Of a DNA stretch of 64,000 nucleotides, positions 1 through 9,436 are shown piece by piece. Made by a program: the position numbers and the translations under genes. Where the stretch lies: positions 62,001 to 126,000 of the IMG/VR virus record IMGVR_UViG_3300028920_000022. One strand, given 5' to 3'. The notes beneath the pieces were generated by a model. The model had not been told where the DNA came from, ran no database searches, and was given only the letters and a program-made list of their open reading frames with translations. How positions within the stretch are numbered: the first letter of the stretch is position 1; every line of letters begins with the position of its first letter.

Positions 1-157
1 ATTGCAACATACTGCGGCGGTAAAAGCGGGCAGGCTGGAATCTATTATTGTTGCATTAGAGCAGCTTTAAGGCGATAACATAGAGAGACGCCTGGGAGAG
101 ATTCCGTCGGGGAGATCATGTCTTCTCATTGAGGACACAAAAAGTGCGGCAGATTGC

Positions 158-186
158 TTGACTTACCGTGGAGAGTTTGGTATTGC
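158..186 (+). promoter_or_regulatory. sigma70-type promoter (TTGACT-17-TATTGC)
   Basis: -35/-10 match with 17-nt spacer; same pattern recurs about 30 times in the window. Confidence 0.55.
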
Positions 187-287
187 TAAGTTCAAGTTGT
201 ATCAGGATCTAGCGATGCTGGAGGGTTTCCAGCACGCCAGGCGAACACCGGGGCTTAAAAACCTCCCCTTTCTTCATAAGTTAGTTG

Positions 288-572
288 ATGAATGATCTAA
301 AGCAGAAATTATGGTTACGGCGCCAAGCCATTCTTGCCGAATGTCCCAGGGAGGTTGCTCGGGAACAGAATACGGAGGAAATGGTTGCGTTGGACCGTGA
401 AGCAATTTCACACTGCGTGGATGATCGTATTGCTCGCGGGTGGGCGCCGGAGGATGTTTTGGCTTATGCTATCAATCTGGAGCATGTAAACCCTGTACTT
501 GAGGAAGACGTGGCACTCAAGAGAATGGCAGAAGTTTCTAAAAAGTATCCTCCGATTAAGAAGAGGGGTTGA
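288..572 (+). CDS. hypothetical protein
   Basis: ORF; TGA stop lies inside next promoter's TTGACT. Confidence 0.6.
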   Translation: MNDLKQKLWLRRQAILAECPREVAREQNTEEMVALDREAISHCVDDRIARGWAPEDVLAYAINLEHVNPVLEEDVALKRMAEVSKKYPPIKKRG

Positions 573-597
573 CTTTCATATTAAGGCTTGATATAAG
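569..597 (+). promoter_or_regulatory. sigma70 promoter TTGACT-17-TATAAG
   Basis: direct motif match; ORF-track TTG start at 569 is the -35 box. Confidence 0.75.
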
Positions 598-607
598 GAA
601 ATTAGAT

Positions 608-1075
608 ATGTACTACAAACCAATCAACCGTAAATCTAGCGCCATTAGTGCATTGCTGGACGAATCCCCGGTATATCAAAAGCAAGGGGAGGTCAATGCT
701 CGTCCTGCGAATACTGGAGAGGCAATCACTACTGAACTAAAGAGTGGTACTACGGAAACTACCAATACTGCAAAGCCCGGAGATTGGATCGTCACTAATC
801 CGAGTGGAGAGCAGTACATTATTTCCGGGGAAAAGTTTTTCAATCGTTACCAACCGACCAGTAAAACTGGAGTTTACGCTGCCAAGGGGTTCTGCCGAGC
901 AGTTCAGAATCCTTTTGGGGAACCGATTCAGATCATGGCATCTTGGGGTGAGGTGCAGGTAGGTGACGAACACTGTTTTATTGCGGACGTTTGCAACGCA
1001 GCCGGGGTAAGAGACGGAGAGCCGTACCTTATTGATGCTGATGCTTTTAGAGATACGTATCAAAAAGCGCATTGA
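608..1075 (+). CDS. PGDYG-like phage protein (start corrected to ATG 608)
   Basis: AKPGDWIVTNPSGEQY motif typical of the PGDYG/phage family. Confidence 0.55.
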   Translation: MYYKPINRKSSAISALLDESPVYQKQGEVNARPANTGEAITTELKSGTTETTNTAKPGDWIVTNPSGEQYIISGEKFFNRYQPTSKTGVYAAKGFCRAVQNPFGEPIQIMASWGEVQVGDEHCFIADVCNAAGVRDGEPYLIDADAFRDTYQKAH

Positions 1076-1100
1076 CAATTAGACTTTAATCGGCTATAAT
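1072..1100 (+). promoter_or_regulatory. perfect sigma70 promoter TTGACA-17-TATAAT; leaderless start at 1107
   Basis: exact consensus; ATG 6 nt after the -10 box; TGA in -35 is the stop of the upstream gene. Confidence 0.9.
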
Positions 1101-1106
1101 TGCTTT

Positions 1107-1541
1107 ATGGAAATCGCAGAAAGTGATAAACCGCTATTCGATGCTTTACCTAAGCTAGTACAGCGAACACAGGAGCTATTGAAGGCAGCCGGGCTTACCT
1201 GTAAGATTAGTGTCAATGATGATGCCTGGTCGGATCCTTCGATTGAACTGGATACTACTGGTATTGGTGTTTGTATTTCGTGGGATTCCGATAAGGTTAC
1301 ATATGGCGCTTTTACTACGGTTTACAATCCGGGAGTGATGTACTACCCAGATGGTAGTGGGGAACCGCCGAGCGAGGATTACAGCGAACTGGGGAAAGCC
1401 AGCACGAATCCTAACGGTCCTCTCACTGAGGCAATCAAGGCATTGATTGAGTTTCGGCTTAATGATCTGTTTGAGCACGAAGCGGACGAAGAGGAAGCCA
1501 AGTATTGGGCGGAAATGGAAAGAGTGGATTTTAATCCTTGA
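1107..1541 (+). CDS. hypothetical acidic protein
   Basis: ORF directly behind consensus promoter. Confidence 0.75.
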   Translation: MEIAESDKPLFDALPKLVQRTQELLKAAGLTCKISVNDDAWSDPSIELDTTGIGVCISWDSDKVTYGAFTTVYNPGVMYYPDGSGEPPSEDYSELGKASTNPNGPLTEAIKALIEFRLNDLFEHEADEEEAKYWAEMERVDFNP

Positions 1542-1574
1542 CAATAGTCCTTATTCCGATCTATAAGGTTGGTC

Positions 1575-1814
1575 ATGACAATTATTCTAGCAAATGGTCC
1601 CAAGGTTCCGGCACACGGCACAACGGCAGCGTGGCGGAGTGTATTGGTTCAAGAGCCTACTGAGCTGGTGGTTTATGCCGAGTATTTCAATGATACTGGA
1701 TCATACTACAGTCACGGGGTGTACTTCGACAGTGCACAATGGAAGGAAGCAAAGCGGCACTTTACGCAAGCGGTATGTCGGGACCTGAGACGAATTGATG
1801 AGATTAGGGGTTGA
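1575..1814 (+). CDS. hypothetical protein
   Basis: ATG 7 nt after TATAAG (promoter 1538-1567). Confidence 0.7.
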   Translation: MTIILANGPKVPAHGTTAAWRSVLVQEPTELVVYAEYFNDTGSYYSHGVYFDSAQWKEAKRHFTQAVCRDLRRIDEIRG

Positions 1815-1898
1815 CAAAAGGTTTAGATAGGGGTAGTATTCTCAACATCAAGTGACGGAAGTCACAGAAAGACACAACAAACAGGAGATTATCGAATT

Positions 1899-2318
1899 AT
1901 GGCACAGGTGAAGATTTTCAATCAGAGTTTCGTGAAGTTGGCTCGTTCGCGAGCTGAGCAGCTGATCGACGGTGGTGAGCGTGGCAGTGTGACTCGTCCG
2001 GCGTTGGCGGATGCGATTGCATCCGAGACGGATCAGGATGTGGCGACGGTTCGCGGGGCAATTGACGCTTGTTTGGCGGGCGGGTTGCTCAAGGGTCTGA
2101 CGACCCGACGTGGACGGAAGGGTGGCATTGTCCGCGAGGTTTCGGAGGCTGATGTTCCCGAGGCACCGGCTGCCAAGGCTGCTCCCGAGGCTGAGGAAAG
2201 CTGTGCGGATGCCATCGAGGCAGCGGCACAGGAGAACGAGGTTGACGAGCGTCCGGCGGAGGGTTGTCCTGCGGAGCAGGCTCCCGAGGCAGCTGCCGAG
2301 ACCGAAGCGACCGAGTAA
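1899..2318 (+). CDS. putative winged-helix DNA-binding protein with Ala/Glu-rich tail
   Basis: RRGRKGGI wing-like motif; promoter 1811-1839; AGGAG SD; GC-rich codons. Confidence 0.6.
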   Translation: MAQVKIFNQSFVKLARSRAEQLIDGGERGSVTRPALADAIASETDQDVATVRGAIDACLAGGLLKGLTTRRGRKGGIVREVSEADVPEAPAAKAAPEAEESCADAIEAAAQENEVDERPAEGCPAEQAPEAAAETEATE

Positions 2319-2324
2319 GGGCTG

Positions 2325-2357
2325 ATCCGCCCGGGTGGTTTTTCCACCCGGGCGGAT
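2325..2357 (+). terminator. 14-bp perfect hairpin (terminator or processing site) before tRNA-Tyr
   Basis: ATCCGCCCGGGTGG-TTTTT-CCACCCGGGCGGAT. Confidence 0.7.
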
Positions 2358-2360
2358 TCA

Positions 2361-2447
2361 GGGCAGGTATGCAAGGGGTTGAAGCAGCTAGACTGTAAAT
2401 CTAGTGCCTATGTGCTAACATCGTAGGTTCGAATCCTACCCTGCCCA
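2361..2447 (+). tRNA. tRNA-Tyr (GTA), long variable arm
   Basis: acceptor GGGCAGG/CCTGCCC; anticodon arm CTAGA-CTGTAAA-TCTAG; T-arm GTAGG-TTCGAAT-CCTAC. Confidence 0.93.
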
Positions 2448-2493
2448 CAGGTTCCAAAAGAGGATTATTTTCAACTTTCTACGGTATAGTAAC

Positions 2494-2775
2494 ATGGCAA
2501 TGACAGAAGAGAATCGATATTACATCGATCCAAAGACATTGAGCCCATTGCAGGTTCATGCAATTCAGATTTTAGCGAAGTACGGCAAACCGGCACCTAT
2601 CACATCTGGAGTGGTGCATTGTGGCAAAGCATGTTTTCGGTTGCAAACAGCAATGGAGCTGACGGAACTCGGGATCATGTATAAGACCACCACCTATCTA
2701 GGGGAAAGCTACACACTCAGCAAGGTGGGGATTGCTATTGCGTACAAGGTGGAGAAGTGGAAGGTGGGATATTGA
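2494..2775 (+). CDS. hypothetical protein
   Basis: ORF, co-directional and tightly packed. Confidence 0.6.
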   Translation: MAMTEENRYYIDPKTLSPLQVHAIQILAKYGKPAPITSGVVHCGKACFRLQTAMELTELGIMYKTTTYLGESYTLSKVGIAIAYKVEKWKVGY

Positions 2776-3017
2776 AAGTTTGGACTGACTATCCGTTGGA
2801 GGGGTTAGACGAACCGTATAGCGAAGCACCGATTCGTGAAGTCGAAGTACAGGGGTGGGACGGTAACAAGTACGCCAAAGTAAAGTTTAACAGACACACA
2901 TACACGTTCAAAGTTGGTTATTTATACACACGACCATTCAGGCTAACGTTTGACGCAGAAGAAATTCCCAACATTGATGTGAGGCAACTTCGGGTAATAG
3001 ATATTTACAAAGAATAA
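2757..3017 (+). CDS. hypothetical phage protein
   Basis: ORF overlapping upstream stop. Confidence 0.65.
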   Translation: MEGGILKVWTDYPLEGLDEPYSEAPIREVEVQGWDGNKYAKVKFNRHTYTFKVGYLYTRPFRLTFDAEEIPNIDVRQLRVIDIYKE

Positions 3018-3020
3018 ACA

Positions 3021-3455
3021 ATGAGAAAAGCCTACTCATATATCTGCACGCACTGTGGATGTCCCGATACCAGAGACGAGCCCGACTACTGCGATCCTTG
3101 TCCCAGGTGCAACAGTCGCATGGAATGTGTCGGCGTTGACCATGCGGCTATGGATCGTGAGCTGGACGCGCAATTTATACGCCACCGAGACCGGGTTTAT
3201 CAGCTGTCCAAGATCGATGGGCTGAGCGACGAAGCCGCCAGGATGGTTTCACTGAGTGCCATTGGCGAGAACGGAATGTTCTGGGTCTCGGGCACAGATC
3301 GGGACATTCTGTGCAGAGGCATTACAGAATGCAAATATTGCAAAAAGCCGTTGCCCGAGAAAGTGTTTTACGACCGCGCACCCTTCTGTAGTGAGGAGTG
3401 TGCCACCGAAGACATAGACGCCTACGCCGATTTCCTGCTCGAACACCAGGGGTAA
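3021..3455 (+). CDS. Cys-rich zinc-finger protein
   Basis: CxxC pairs (CTHC, CPRC, CKYC) and FCSEEC. Confidence 0.65.
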   Translation: MRKAYSYICTHCGCPDTRDEPDYCDPCPRCNSRMECVGVDHAAMDRELDAQFIRHRDRVYQLSKIDGLSDEAARMVSLSAIGENGMFWVSGTDRDILCRGITECKYCKKPLPEKVFYDRAPFCSEECATEDIDAYADFLLEHQG

Positions 3456-3532
3456 GAAACCTGCTCCACACGTAGGAGAACCTGGAAGCTGGGGCAGATT
3501 TCGATTTTATGGATATTTACAAGGAATAAACA

Positions 3533-3844
3533 ATGAGTTTCGAGGGATACGTACAGCGGTTGTGTAAAAACGGACATTACTCCAGTGGCGATGTTTGGAC
3601 ACATCGAGCCGGAGCACGATGCCTGGAGCGGAGATGTCGGGCTAGTATTGTCTGGACGAATCTGGTTGACGAGACCAACGGTGCTCCGCAAGGCAAGATT
3701 GATATGGAGCAATTTTTAGTAACTCCGGTAAAGAGTGAAACCTGCCCCACGTGTGGGCACACGCAACAATCTGAGCCCGCTATCTATCGAATTCCCACAC
3801 CAGAAGAGACAGAAAAAGCCAGGCAATACTTTGATGAGGATTAA
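3533..3844 (+). CDS. zinc-ribbon hypothetical protein
   Basis: CKNGH, CPTCGH; AAGGA SD. Confidence 0.65.
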   Translation: MSFEGYVQRLCKNGHYSSGDVWTHRAGARCLERRCRASIVWTNLVDETNGAPQGKIDMEQFLVTPVKSETCPTCGHTQQSEPAIYRIPTPEETEKARQYFDED

Positions 3845-3893
3845 TATACAAAAAGCTTGACCTTGATTCTAAAGAGTGATATAAGGGAACACA

Positions 3894-4415
3894 ATGAAAA
3901 ACGCACAAGAGCGAGCTTTTAGGTTACTGCTATATTATGCCTCAAAGGATAATAATACTGCCGAGGTGACGGTACACCAAGACGGGTCTATTGTTTTCGG
4001 TAACAATACCTGGATTGCTCCAGAGGGTGTGGAGGCAGAACTGAAAACACTACCAGAAGCGCCAATCTCGGATTCGCAGGTAGCAAAGCGGGTAGGGGAG
4101 CTAGTATTGCACGCCGGGTTGTACGACTCTACAGTATACGATTCTGCAGTAATAGCGAAGCGAATCTGTGGCAAAGGAAGTCCTCTTGTCGGGCTAGTGG
4201 ATATAATGCTGTGTAATGCGAAAAGCCGAAAGTGGGCGGAGGGGGTTATGGCGCCTTCGGTCAAGGAGCAACTGGACGAATGTGTTCGGGAGCTTCAGGA
4301 TTTCACGGAGAATGCTGAGTATCCGATACGGAATAATCTTAATCTTCGCAAACTTAACAAATTAGTATCACTAATTCAATCTGGCAAAGTTGGGGTGTTG
4401 CCGGAAAATGATTGA
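3894..4415 (+). CDS. hypothetical protein
   Basis: behind promoter TTGACC-17-TATAAG (3857-3885). Confidence 0.7.
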   Translation: MKNAQERAFRLLLYYASKDNNTAEVTVHQDGSIVFGNNTWIAPEGVEAELKTLPEAPISDSQVAKRVGELVLHAGLYDSTVYDSAVIAKRICGKGSPLVGLVDIMLCNAKSRKWAEGVMAPSVKEQLDECVRELQDFTENAEYPIRNNLNLRKLNKLVSLIQSGKVGVLPEND

Positions 4416-4431
4416 CAACCAGGGATAAAAG

Positions 4432-4713
4432 ATGACAAAAAATACTGCTCTAGCTCTTATTGTTCAAAAGGTAACTGACCTTCAGGGGTGCAAGGTATCT
4501 GAACTAATTGCCGCATTAGCGGACGATGAAACCAGCAGGGAAGTGGTTATCAATTTTGATATTCCCGAATTAATTGAGTTTCTTGTCCAAAACAAAATGG
4601 TAGTCGAAGTGGCTTATGTTCTGCCCAATATGGGCTATCGTATTAAATCATTTTTGCTACCCACACAATGTAAAGCACATATTTACGGGGATTATGGCGG
4701 ACTAGATGGTTGA
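4432..4713 (+). CDS. hypothetical protein
   Basis: ORF; stop inside TTGACA at 4710. Confidence 0.65.
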   Translation: MTKNTALALIVQKVTDLQGCKVSELIAALADDETSREVVINFDIPELIEFLVQNKMVVEVAYVLPNMGYRIKSFLLPTQCKAHIYGDYGGLDG

Positions 4714-4744
4714 CAATCTAGTGTATTAGAGGTATAAACGGACT

Positions 4745-5521
4745 ATGAGACAAGGACATGACAACGGGCTAATTACCACCAAAGGCAAGAAGGGCAAGAA
4801 ATCTCCGAAGCTTTTGGGAATCAACCTCGGAGCCGACTTTTGTGCTGAGCACGAGTGGGGAATTAAGGACATTAAGAATGCCTTGGGGCTGGATTCTTCC
4901 AAGGTGGGAGTGGAAGCACGAAGGGTTAGGAATATTCCCACAGAAGGGCACGAACGGCTAGAGTGGGTTCAGACCAAGGAATTTTTCGGTTTTTGCCTGA
5001 TGACGAATTGTTATTCTGGTCACATCAACACGGACTATCTATTACGAAGCGTTCGTTTTTACAACAGTTCGTTGTGGACTGCGTGGGATCAAGGTTCATT
5101 CGGAGTTTTTTCCAACGATCCAGCTATCATTGAACAATTGCAGGAGATTTACGATAATCTTCGAAATAAGAATGCGGTAGTTTGGTTGGGTGGCGGCGGA
5201 GTATTTCAGAATGCTGGGTTGTGCATTGGCATTACTGACCGGCTACCTCCGGACGTAGCGAAGCAATGGAAGGAAGCCGATGAGGATCGGAATGCTGCAC
5301 AGAAGTACATGGAGAAGTCAGGAATTGAAAAGATTCTCCGGGATGCTGGGAAAGAATATTTTGCTTTGAGTCCTCGAAAGATGAGTGACGGTTCTTTCAA
5401 GTTCTGGTTGAACCCGGATAATCAAAGGGACTACGATAGCAATTGGTTTACTTTGGAGGAGCTGAAGTTGTGGGCTCAGGACAAGGGTCCGGTTATTCTC
5501 AAGAAAAAGAGGCGATATTAA
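4745..5521 (+). CDS. hypothetical phage protein, leaderless
   Basis: 258-aa ORF; ATG 6 nt after TATAAA of promoter 4710-4738. Confidence 0.8.
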   Translation: MRQGHDNGLITTKGKKGKKSPKLLGINLGADFCAEHEWGIKDIKNALGLDSSKVGVEARRVRNIPTEGHERLEWVQTKEFFGFCLMTNCYSGHINTDYLLRSVRFYNSSLWTAWDQGSFGVFSNDPAIIEQLQEIYDNLRNKNAVVWLGGGGVFQNAGLCIGITDRLPPDVAKQWKEADEDRNAAQKYMEKSGIEKILRDAGKEYFALSPRKMSDGSFKFWLNPDNQRDYDSNWFTLEELKLWAQDKGPVILKKKRRY

Positions 5522-5522
5522 A

Positions 5523-5762
5523 ATGCGAAATACAATTATTCTATTAATCAACGTATTGGCGGTGGTGGTATTGATTGCAATTAATGTTGCTCGGGCTCAG
5601 CCGCTCCCGCCGGTACCGGGGCAAGTATTATGTGGTACAGTGCCAGCCAAGGCAACCTCGTTCGTTGCCACCCAAGGTGGTGTATGGGCGTGTAGGAACG
5701 TCAGGGGGACGCCTATGTGTGTAGAGCTACAGCCCTGCAGTGATCTGAAGGGACCACAATAA
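5523..5762 (+). CDS. small secreted/membrane Cys-containing protein
   Basis: N-terminal hydrophobic signal-like segment, AQP cleavage-like site. Confidence 0.6.
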   Translation: MRNTIILLINVLAVVVLIAINVARAQPLPPVPGQVLCGTVPAKATSFVATQGGVWACRNVRGTPMCVELQPCSDLKGPQ

Positions 5763-5766
5763 ACCA

Positions 5767-6126
5767 ATGGCTGACTGGTACAAGTTTAATCTAGTTTTTA
5801 TCGAACCTCCAGTTGAGGGCAATCTTGCTGCGGCTAACAAAGCTTTGCAGGACGAAGATTATGATGCTCCTGTAATTTCCGCGGAAGGGTGTACGGAAGC
5901 GTTGTGGCGGAGCCCACAGCTAAGCGAAGGGAAGTTGATTAAACTATTTAACAGTTACGGATTGGAGTGTAAATTTCAACTGCACTGGAATTATGAGGAG
6001 GATCGTTTTCCTGGTTGTCATGACTGGGTGTATGTATCTGATTTTGTAGAGGTAAAGGAAAAGATTCTCAAATTGTCAGAAAAAGAGCGAGCGAGTTTGC
6101 GGTGGTGGATTGAAGGAAACTGTTGA
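5767..6126 (+). CDS. hypothetical protein
   Basis: ORF. Confidence 0.65.
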   Translation: MADWYKFNLVFIEPPVEGNLAAANKALQDEDYDAPVISAEGCTEALWRSPQLSEGKLIKLFNSYGLECKFQLHWNYEEDRFPGCHDWVYVSDFVEVKEKILKLSEKERASLRWWIEGNC

Positions 6127-6157
6127 CAGCCGGAATAATTGGCGGTATAAAGGAACC

Positions 6158-6391
6158 ATGAAAAACGAAATTGGTTTTGTAGTCAACGGCAGCGTGTATA
6201 TCACCGAAGTGCAAGTTTTGCAGAGGGATGCTACGGACCTTGTGTTCCTGCAAACTGATTTGCCAAACAACATTGTGGGTGGTGGTCCTAATGTCACGAT
6301 GAAGTTTGAGTTGAGGCAGAATACCGCCTGTGAATGGTTGAAAGAAAACCTGGGAATTGCGCCGGATCGGGTGATTGATAGTGGAAGCTAA
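6158..6391 (+). CDS. hypothetical protein (start corrected, leaderless)
   Basis: ATG 6 nt after TATAAG of promoter 6123-6151. Confidence 0.7.
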   Translation: MKNEIGFVVNGSVYITEVQVLQRDATDLVFLQTDLPNNIVGGGPNVTMKFELRQNTACEWLKENLGIAPDRVIDSGS

Positions 6392-6432
6392 TCGGGGGGG
6401 GCGACACCCCAGGTTATCTCATAAGGAGAGCT

Positions 6433-6771
6433 ATGACACAGAGAAAGAAGGCTGCGAAGAAGGCAGCGAAGAAGTCCAATGACCGAACCAAGGTCGTTCA
6501 GATCACTCTAGCCAGGTTGGTTCGGCAGTGCGCGTCGGTCAACGTCCGGGTGCCAACTGGTCTGGATGAAAACCAGTTGAACGAGATTGCTCGTGCCCTT
6601 TACGAGCAGGCTGAGGACGATTGCATCGTGGATTGGGAACCGGACCACTTGTGGGGTTGCGACGAGGGCACCCATGATGTAGGAACCGCTGCTCGCGGGT
6701 CCAAGCCTCACTACACGGTCTATGACGACGGTGAGGTAACGGTGGTAGCTGGCGATTTTCGTAAGCGGTAG
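6433..6771 (+). CDS. hypothetical protein with basic KKAAKKAAKK N-terminus
   Basis: AAGGAG SD; GC-rich codons. Confidence 0.75.
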   Translation: MTQRKKAAKKAAKKSNDRTKVVQITLARLVRQCASVNVRVPTGLDENQLNEIARALYEQAEDDCIVDWEPDHLWGCDEGTHDVGTAARGSKPHYTVYDDGEVTVVAGDFRKR

Positions 6772-6801
6772 TCCTGCTTGTGTTTGGTTGGAAGTTTGAC
6801 A

Positions 6802-7206
6802 ATGGATATCATTAGCGAATCTGGTGTAAGGGTATTACAGCGCACGATATTTGTGGTTTGTTTTGCTGTACTCGTTACTGTTGGATGCTGGTATTTTCTC
6901 AGTTTTCTGGAGCTTCCTGAAGTCGTATTAGTACCCATTGTCGCTTTTGTAGCGGTAATTGCTAGTGCCGGGGTTATTATATCTATTATCGAACATAACG
7001 ACGAGGAGGACGAGGAGGACGAGGAGGACGAGGAGGACGAGGAGGACGAGGAGGAATATCAAACCATACTGCACTATTCGCCAAACCCACACGCCGTTTC
7101 TGCGTGCGGGATGTGTGGCAGTTATACACTCGAATTAGAACATTGTACTTGTAAAGAATGCAGAAAAGCTGTTAATAATAGGAATGAGGCGTGGGGAAGA
7201 AATTAA
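6802..7206 (+). CDS. two-TM membrane protein with (DEE)6 acidic tract and C-terminal Cys cluster
   Basis: two hydrophobic segments, acidic repeat, CxxC motifs. Confidence 0.65.
   Translation: MDIISESGVRVLQRTIFVVCFAVLVTVGCWYFLSFLELPEVVLVPIVAFVAVIASAGVIISIIEHNDEEDEEDEEDEEDEEDEEEYQTILHYSPNPHAVSACGMCGSYTLELEHCTCKECRKAVNNRNEAWGRN
7000..7053 (+). repeat. perfect tandem repeat (GACGAGGAG)x6
   Basis: read directly. Confidence 0.95.
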
Positions 7207-7429
7207 AGCCTGGATAGACGAATCCAATTTTTCTGGTAATTTTGTGATTGTCGATGATGAGGCGGACATGGGTGATCTAATTGATCATTTAGTACGCACA
7301 TCTTACAATGGAGCCATGGGAAGCACCGGGCTAACCGTTGCACATACTAAAAGAATTATTGCAAGGCTGAACCGGGCGGAAATTAATTGGAATTGTTATC
7401 CTGAGCATTTAAGACCATTGAAAGCTTGA
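7184..7429 (+). pseudogene. C-terminal fragment of a HAD-family (HAD_SAK_2-like) protein
   Basis: RGEEIKAW..FVIVDD..DM...LVRT...GLT pattern present, N-terminal DxD motif absent. Confidence 0.5.
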
Positions 7430-7464
7430 CAAGGTTTCGCAATTGATGGTATAAGAGTTGAGTA

Positions 7465-7677
7465 ATGGTTAAGGAAAGAAAAGCTCAGTGGCGGCAGGAC
7501 ACGCCGCAACAACAGATGGTAGCTTTAACGCAAGCAATTGCTGGTTATGCTGTGTGGTTTGTTGAGGAGCCGGAAGCCTTAAAACCCGAGAACGTACAGA
7601 GAGTATTTCAAAACATAAACGAAAAGTGTGAGGATCTTTTCGAACTTTCCAATTGGATGGATTCACAATGGCAATGA
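7465..7677 (+). CDS. hypothetical protein
   Basis: behind promoter 7426-7455. Confidence 0.65.
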   Translation: MVKERKAQWRQDTPQQQMVALTQAIAGYAVWFVEEPEALKPENVQRVFQNINEKCEDLFELSNWMDSQWQ

Positions 7678-8537
7678 AGGCACAAAACCCCGAACTTTGG
7701 GCAGCACAACGGATTCTTGATCTTTTGGAGCAGGGCGGTCTTCCACCTTGGCGAAAGCCTTGGAAGGGCTGCGCAATGCCTCAGAACATGACGAGCCGGC
7801 GGGAATATAACGGATTGAACCGTTGGATGCTTCTCATGGCGCCTTATGGTTCTCCTTTTTATATCACCATTAAGCAGATCAACGCGCTTGGTGGCAAGAT
7901 TATCAAGGGAGAGAAGCCTTGGCCCGTTTTCTTCTGGCAGCGGATTGAGAAGGAACTAAAGGACGGCTCGACTCGTAATTATCTATTTTGCCGAGGTTAC
8001 AAGGTGTGGAATGTGGAGCAATGCGAAGGGCTACCGGAGGATAAGATTCCGGATCTTGAGGCTGAGCTTCATGAGCACGACACCATTGCGGAATGCGAGG
8101 CAATTGTTCAGGGATACGAAGGTGCTCCGGAGATTATTCCTGACATTGGTCGGTGTTACTATGCGCCACTGACTGACAAGGTTGGGATGGTTCCGATTGA
8201 GCATTTCGACACTGCTGAACATTATTACAGTGCTCTTTTTCATGAGTTTGCTCATTCCACGGGGCATGGGAGCCGATTGGACCGGGAGGGTTTGACGAAG
8301 CTGGTGGGGGAAGGCAGCCACGAATACAGTCAGGAGGAGCTGGTAGCGGAGTTTTGTTCGGCAATGTTGTGTGCGCAGGCAGGGATTGATCAAGAGGTGA
8401 TTGAGAATCAGGCGGCATACATTGCCGGGTGGCACAAGCGTCTACGTGGGGATCCGGAAGCATTGGTGTTTGCCAGTCGGGACGCAAACAAGGCATTCAA
8501 CCATATTGTTGGAAAAACCTATGAAACGGAAGAATAA
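7668..8537 (+). CDS. ardC: ArdC-like antirestriction ssDNA-binding protein (DUF1738 plus zincin-like domain)
   Basis: PPWRKPW, Y.G.N, HEFAHSTGH, EELVAE, AAYIAGW motifs. Confidence 0.88.
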   Translation: MAMKAQNPELWAAQRILDLLEQGGLPPWRKPWKGCAMPQNMTSRREYNGLNRWMLLMAPYGSPFYITIKQINALGGKIIKGEKPWPVFFWQRIEKELKDGSTRNYLFCRGYKVWNVEQCEGLPEDKIPDLEAELHEHDTIAECEAIVQGYEGAPEIIPDIGRCYYAPLTDKVGMVPIEHFDTAEHYYSALFHEFAHSTGHGSRLDREGLTKLVGEGSHEYSQEELVAEFCSAMLCAQAGIDQEVIENQAAYIAGWHKRLRGDPEALVFASRDANKAFNHIVGKTYETEE

Positions 8538-8540
8538 GCG

Positions 8541-8849
8541 ATGAAAACCGTTGAAGAGCTTATTGAAGAAGTTAGCGACCGTGGTGGGAAGCTTTTTGCC
8601 CGGCAGGATCTAGAATATATTGTTGTGGTAATTTTCCCGATTCCGAAGCTATGGAACCGATATGGTATCAACACCAGCACTTGGCAGGTCTGGGTTGAAT
8701 TATGGGACATTGATCGAAAGGTCAAGGACCATCAGGAGCTACTTGGGGAGGAGCCGATGGAAGAGGACTCACTGCAGCTGGTATTGCAGCATATTCTTGA
8801 CAAATTCTCTATTGAAGAGGAAAAGAGGCTAGTGGCAGCCTACGGTTAA
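8541..8849 (+). CDS. hypothetical protein
   Basis: ORF. Confidence 0.65.
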   Translation: MKTVEELIEEVSDRGGKLFARQDLEYIVVVIFPIPKLWNRYGINTSTWQVWVELWDIDRKVKDHQELLGEEPMEEDSLQLVLQHILDKFSIEEEKRLVAAYG

Positions 8850-8887
8850 GAAACGAATTCATTGAAAAAGAAAGAAGGAAAAAGAAG

Positions 8888-9181
8888 ATGAGTAGCACAC
8901 CGCCTCCACCCTGTGCCTGGTGTAAAAACTGGGGTAAAGGAAGTCCTAATTGTGATCACATCAACGAATGTCATGATGATAATGATTGGGAAAGGCTTAA
9001 TCCGGTAGCGAACTGGCAATGGGTTCGGTTGGTATGGTTCGTGAACGAGGTTGACAGTTCTGGCATGCATCCGAACGACAAATCGCACAATATTGCTGAC
9101 AAGCTCAGGACGATGATTGCTAATGGTTACAAACCTATTGTGGATAATTCACCAACGCTTGACAAGCTAGAAAGAGATTGA
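8888..9181 (+). CDS. hypothetical protein
   Basis: ORF with CxxC. Confidence 0.55.
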   Translation: MSSTPPPPCAWCKNWGKGSPNCDHINECHDDNDWERLNPVANWQWVRLVWFVNEVDSSGMHPNDKSHNIADKLRTMIANGYKPIVDNSPTLDKLERD

Positions 9182-9193
9182 TATAACATCCGG

Positions 9194-9436
9194 GTGAAGT
9201 ACACTTTAGAAGAAAAGCTAACGGGCAAGCGGAGCAAGCTGGTAGGGTCCACTTGTGAGGGATATGGACGAGAGCTATGTTCATGCGGGCGTGGGTATAT
9301 TGAATACCGGCGAGATCGCAATGGTGTAAAGATTTCTTTACACAGTGTGTATTTAGACAGCAAGAGTTTTGGTAGAATTGAAACGGCACCCTGTTGTGAG
9401 GAATGTGCGAGTGAGCAGTGGGAGTCGAAATGGTAA
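9194..9436 (+). CDS. Cys-rich hypothetical protein, leaderless GTG start
   Basis: GTG 6 nt after TATAAC of promoter 9159-9187. Confidence 0.65.
   Translation: MKYTLEEKLTGKRSKLVGSTCEGYGRELCSCGRGYIEYRRDRNGVKISLHSVYLDSKSFGRIETAPCCEECASEQWESKW

Noticed and set aside
2448-2493. Theta/HDV-like ribozyme in tRNA trailers
   Set aside because: The trailers after the tRNAs are short and show no nested double-pseudoknot pairing.
7000-7053. CRISPR array
   Set aside because: Contiguous 9-bp coding repeat with no spacers; no repeat-spacer array noticed anywhere in the window.
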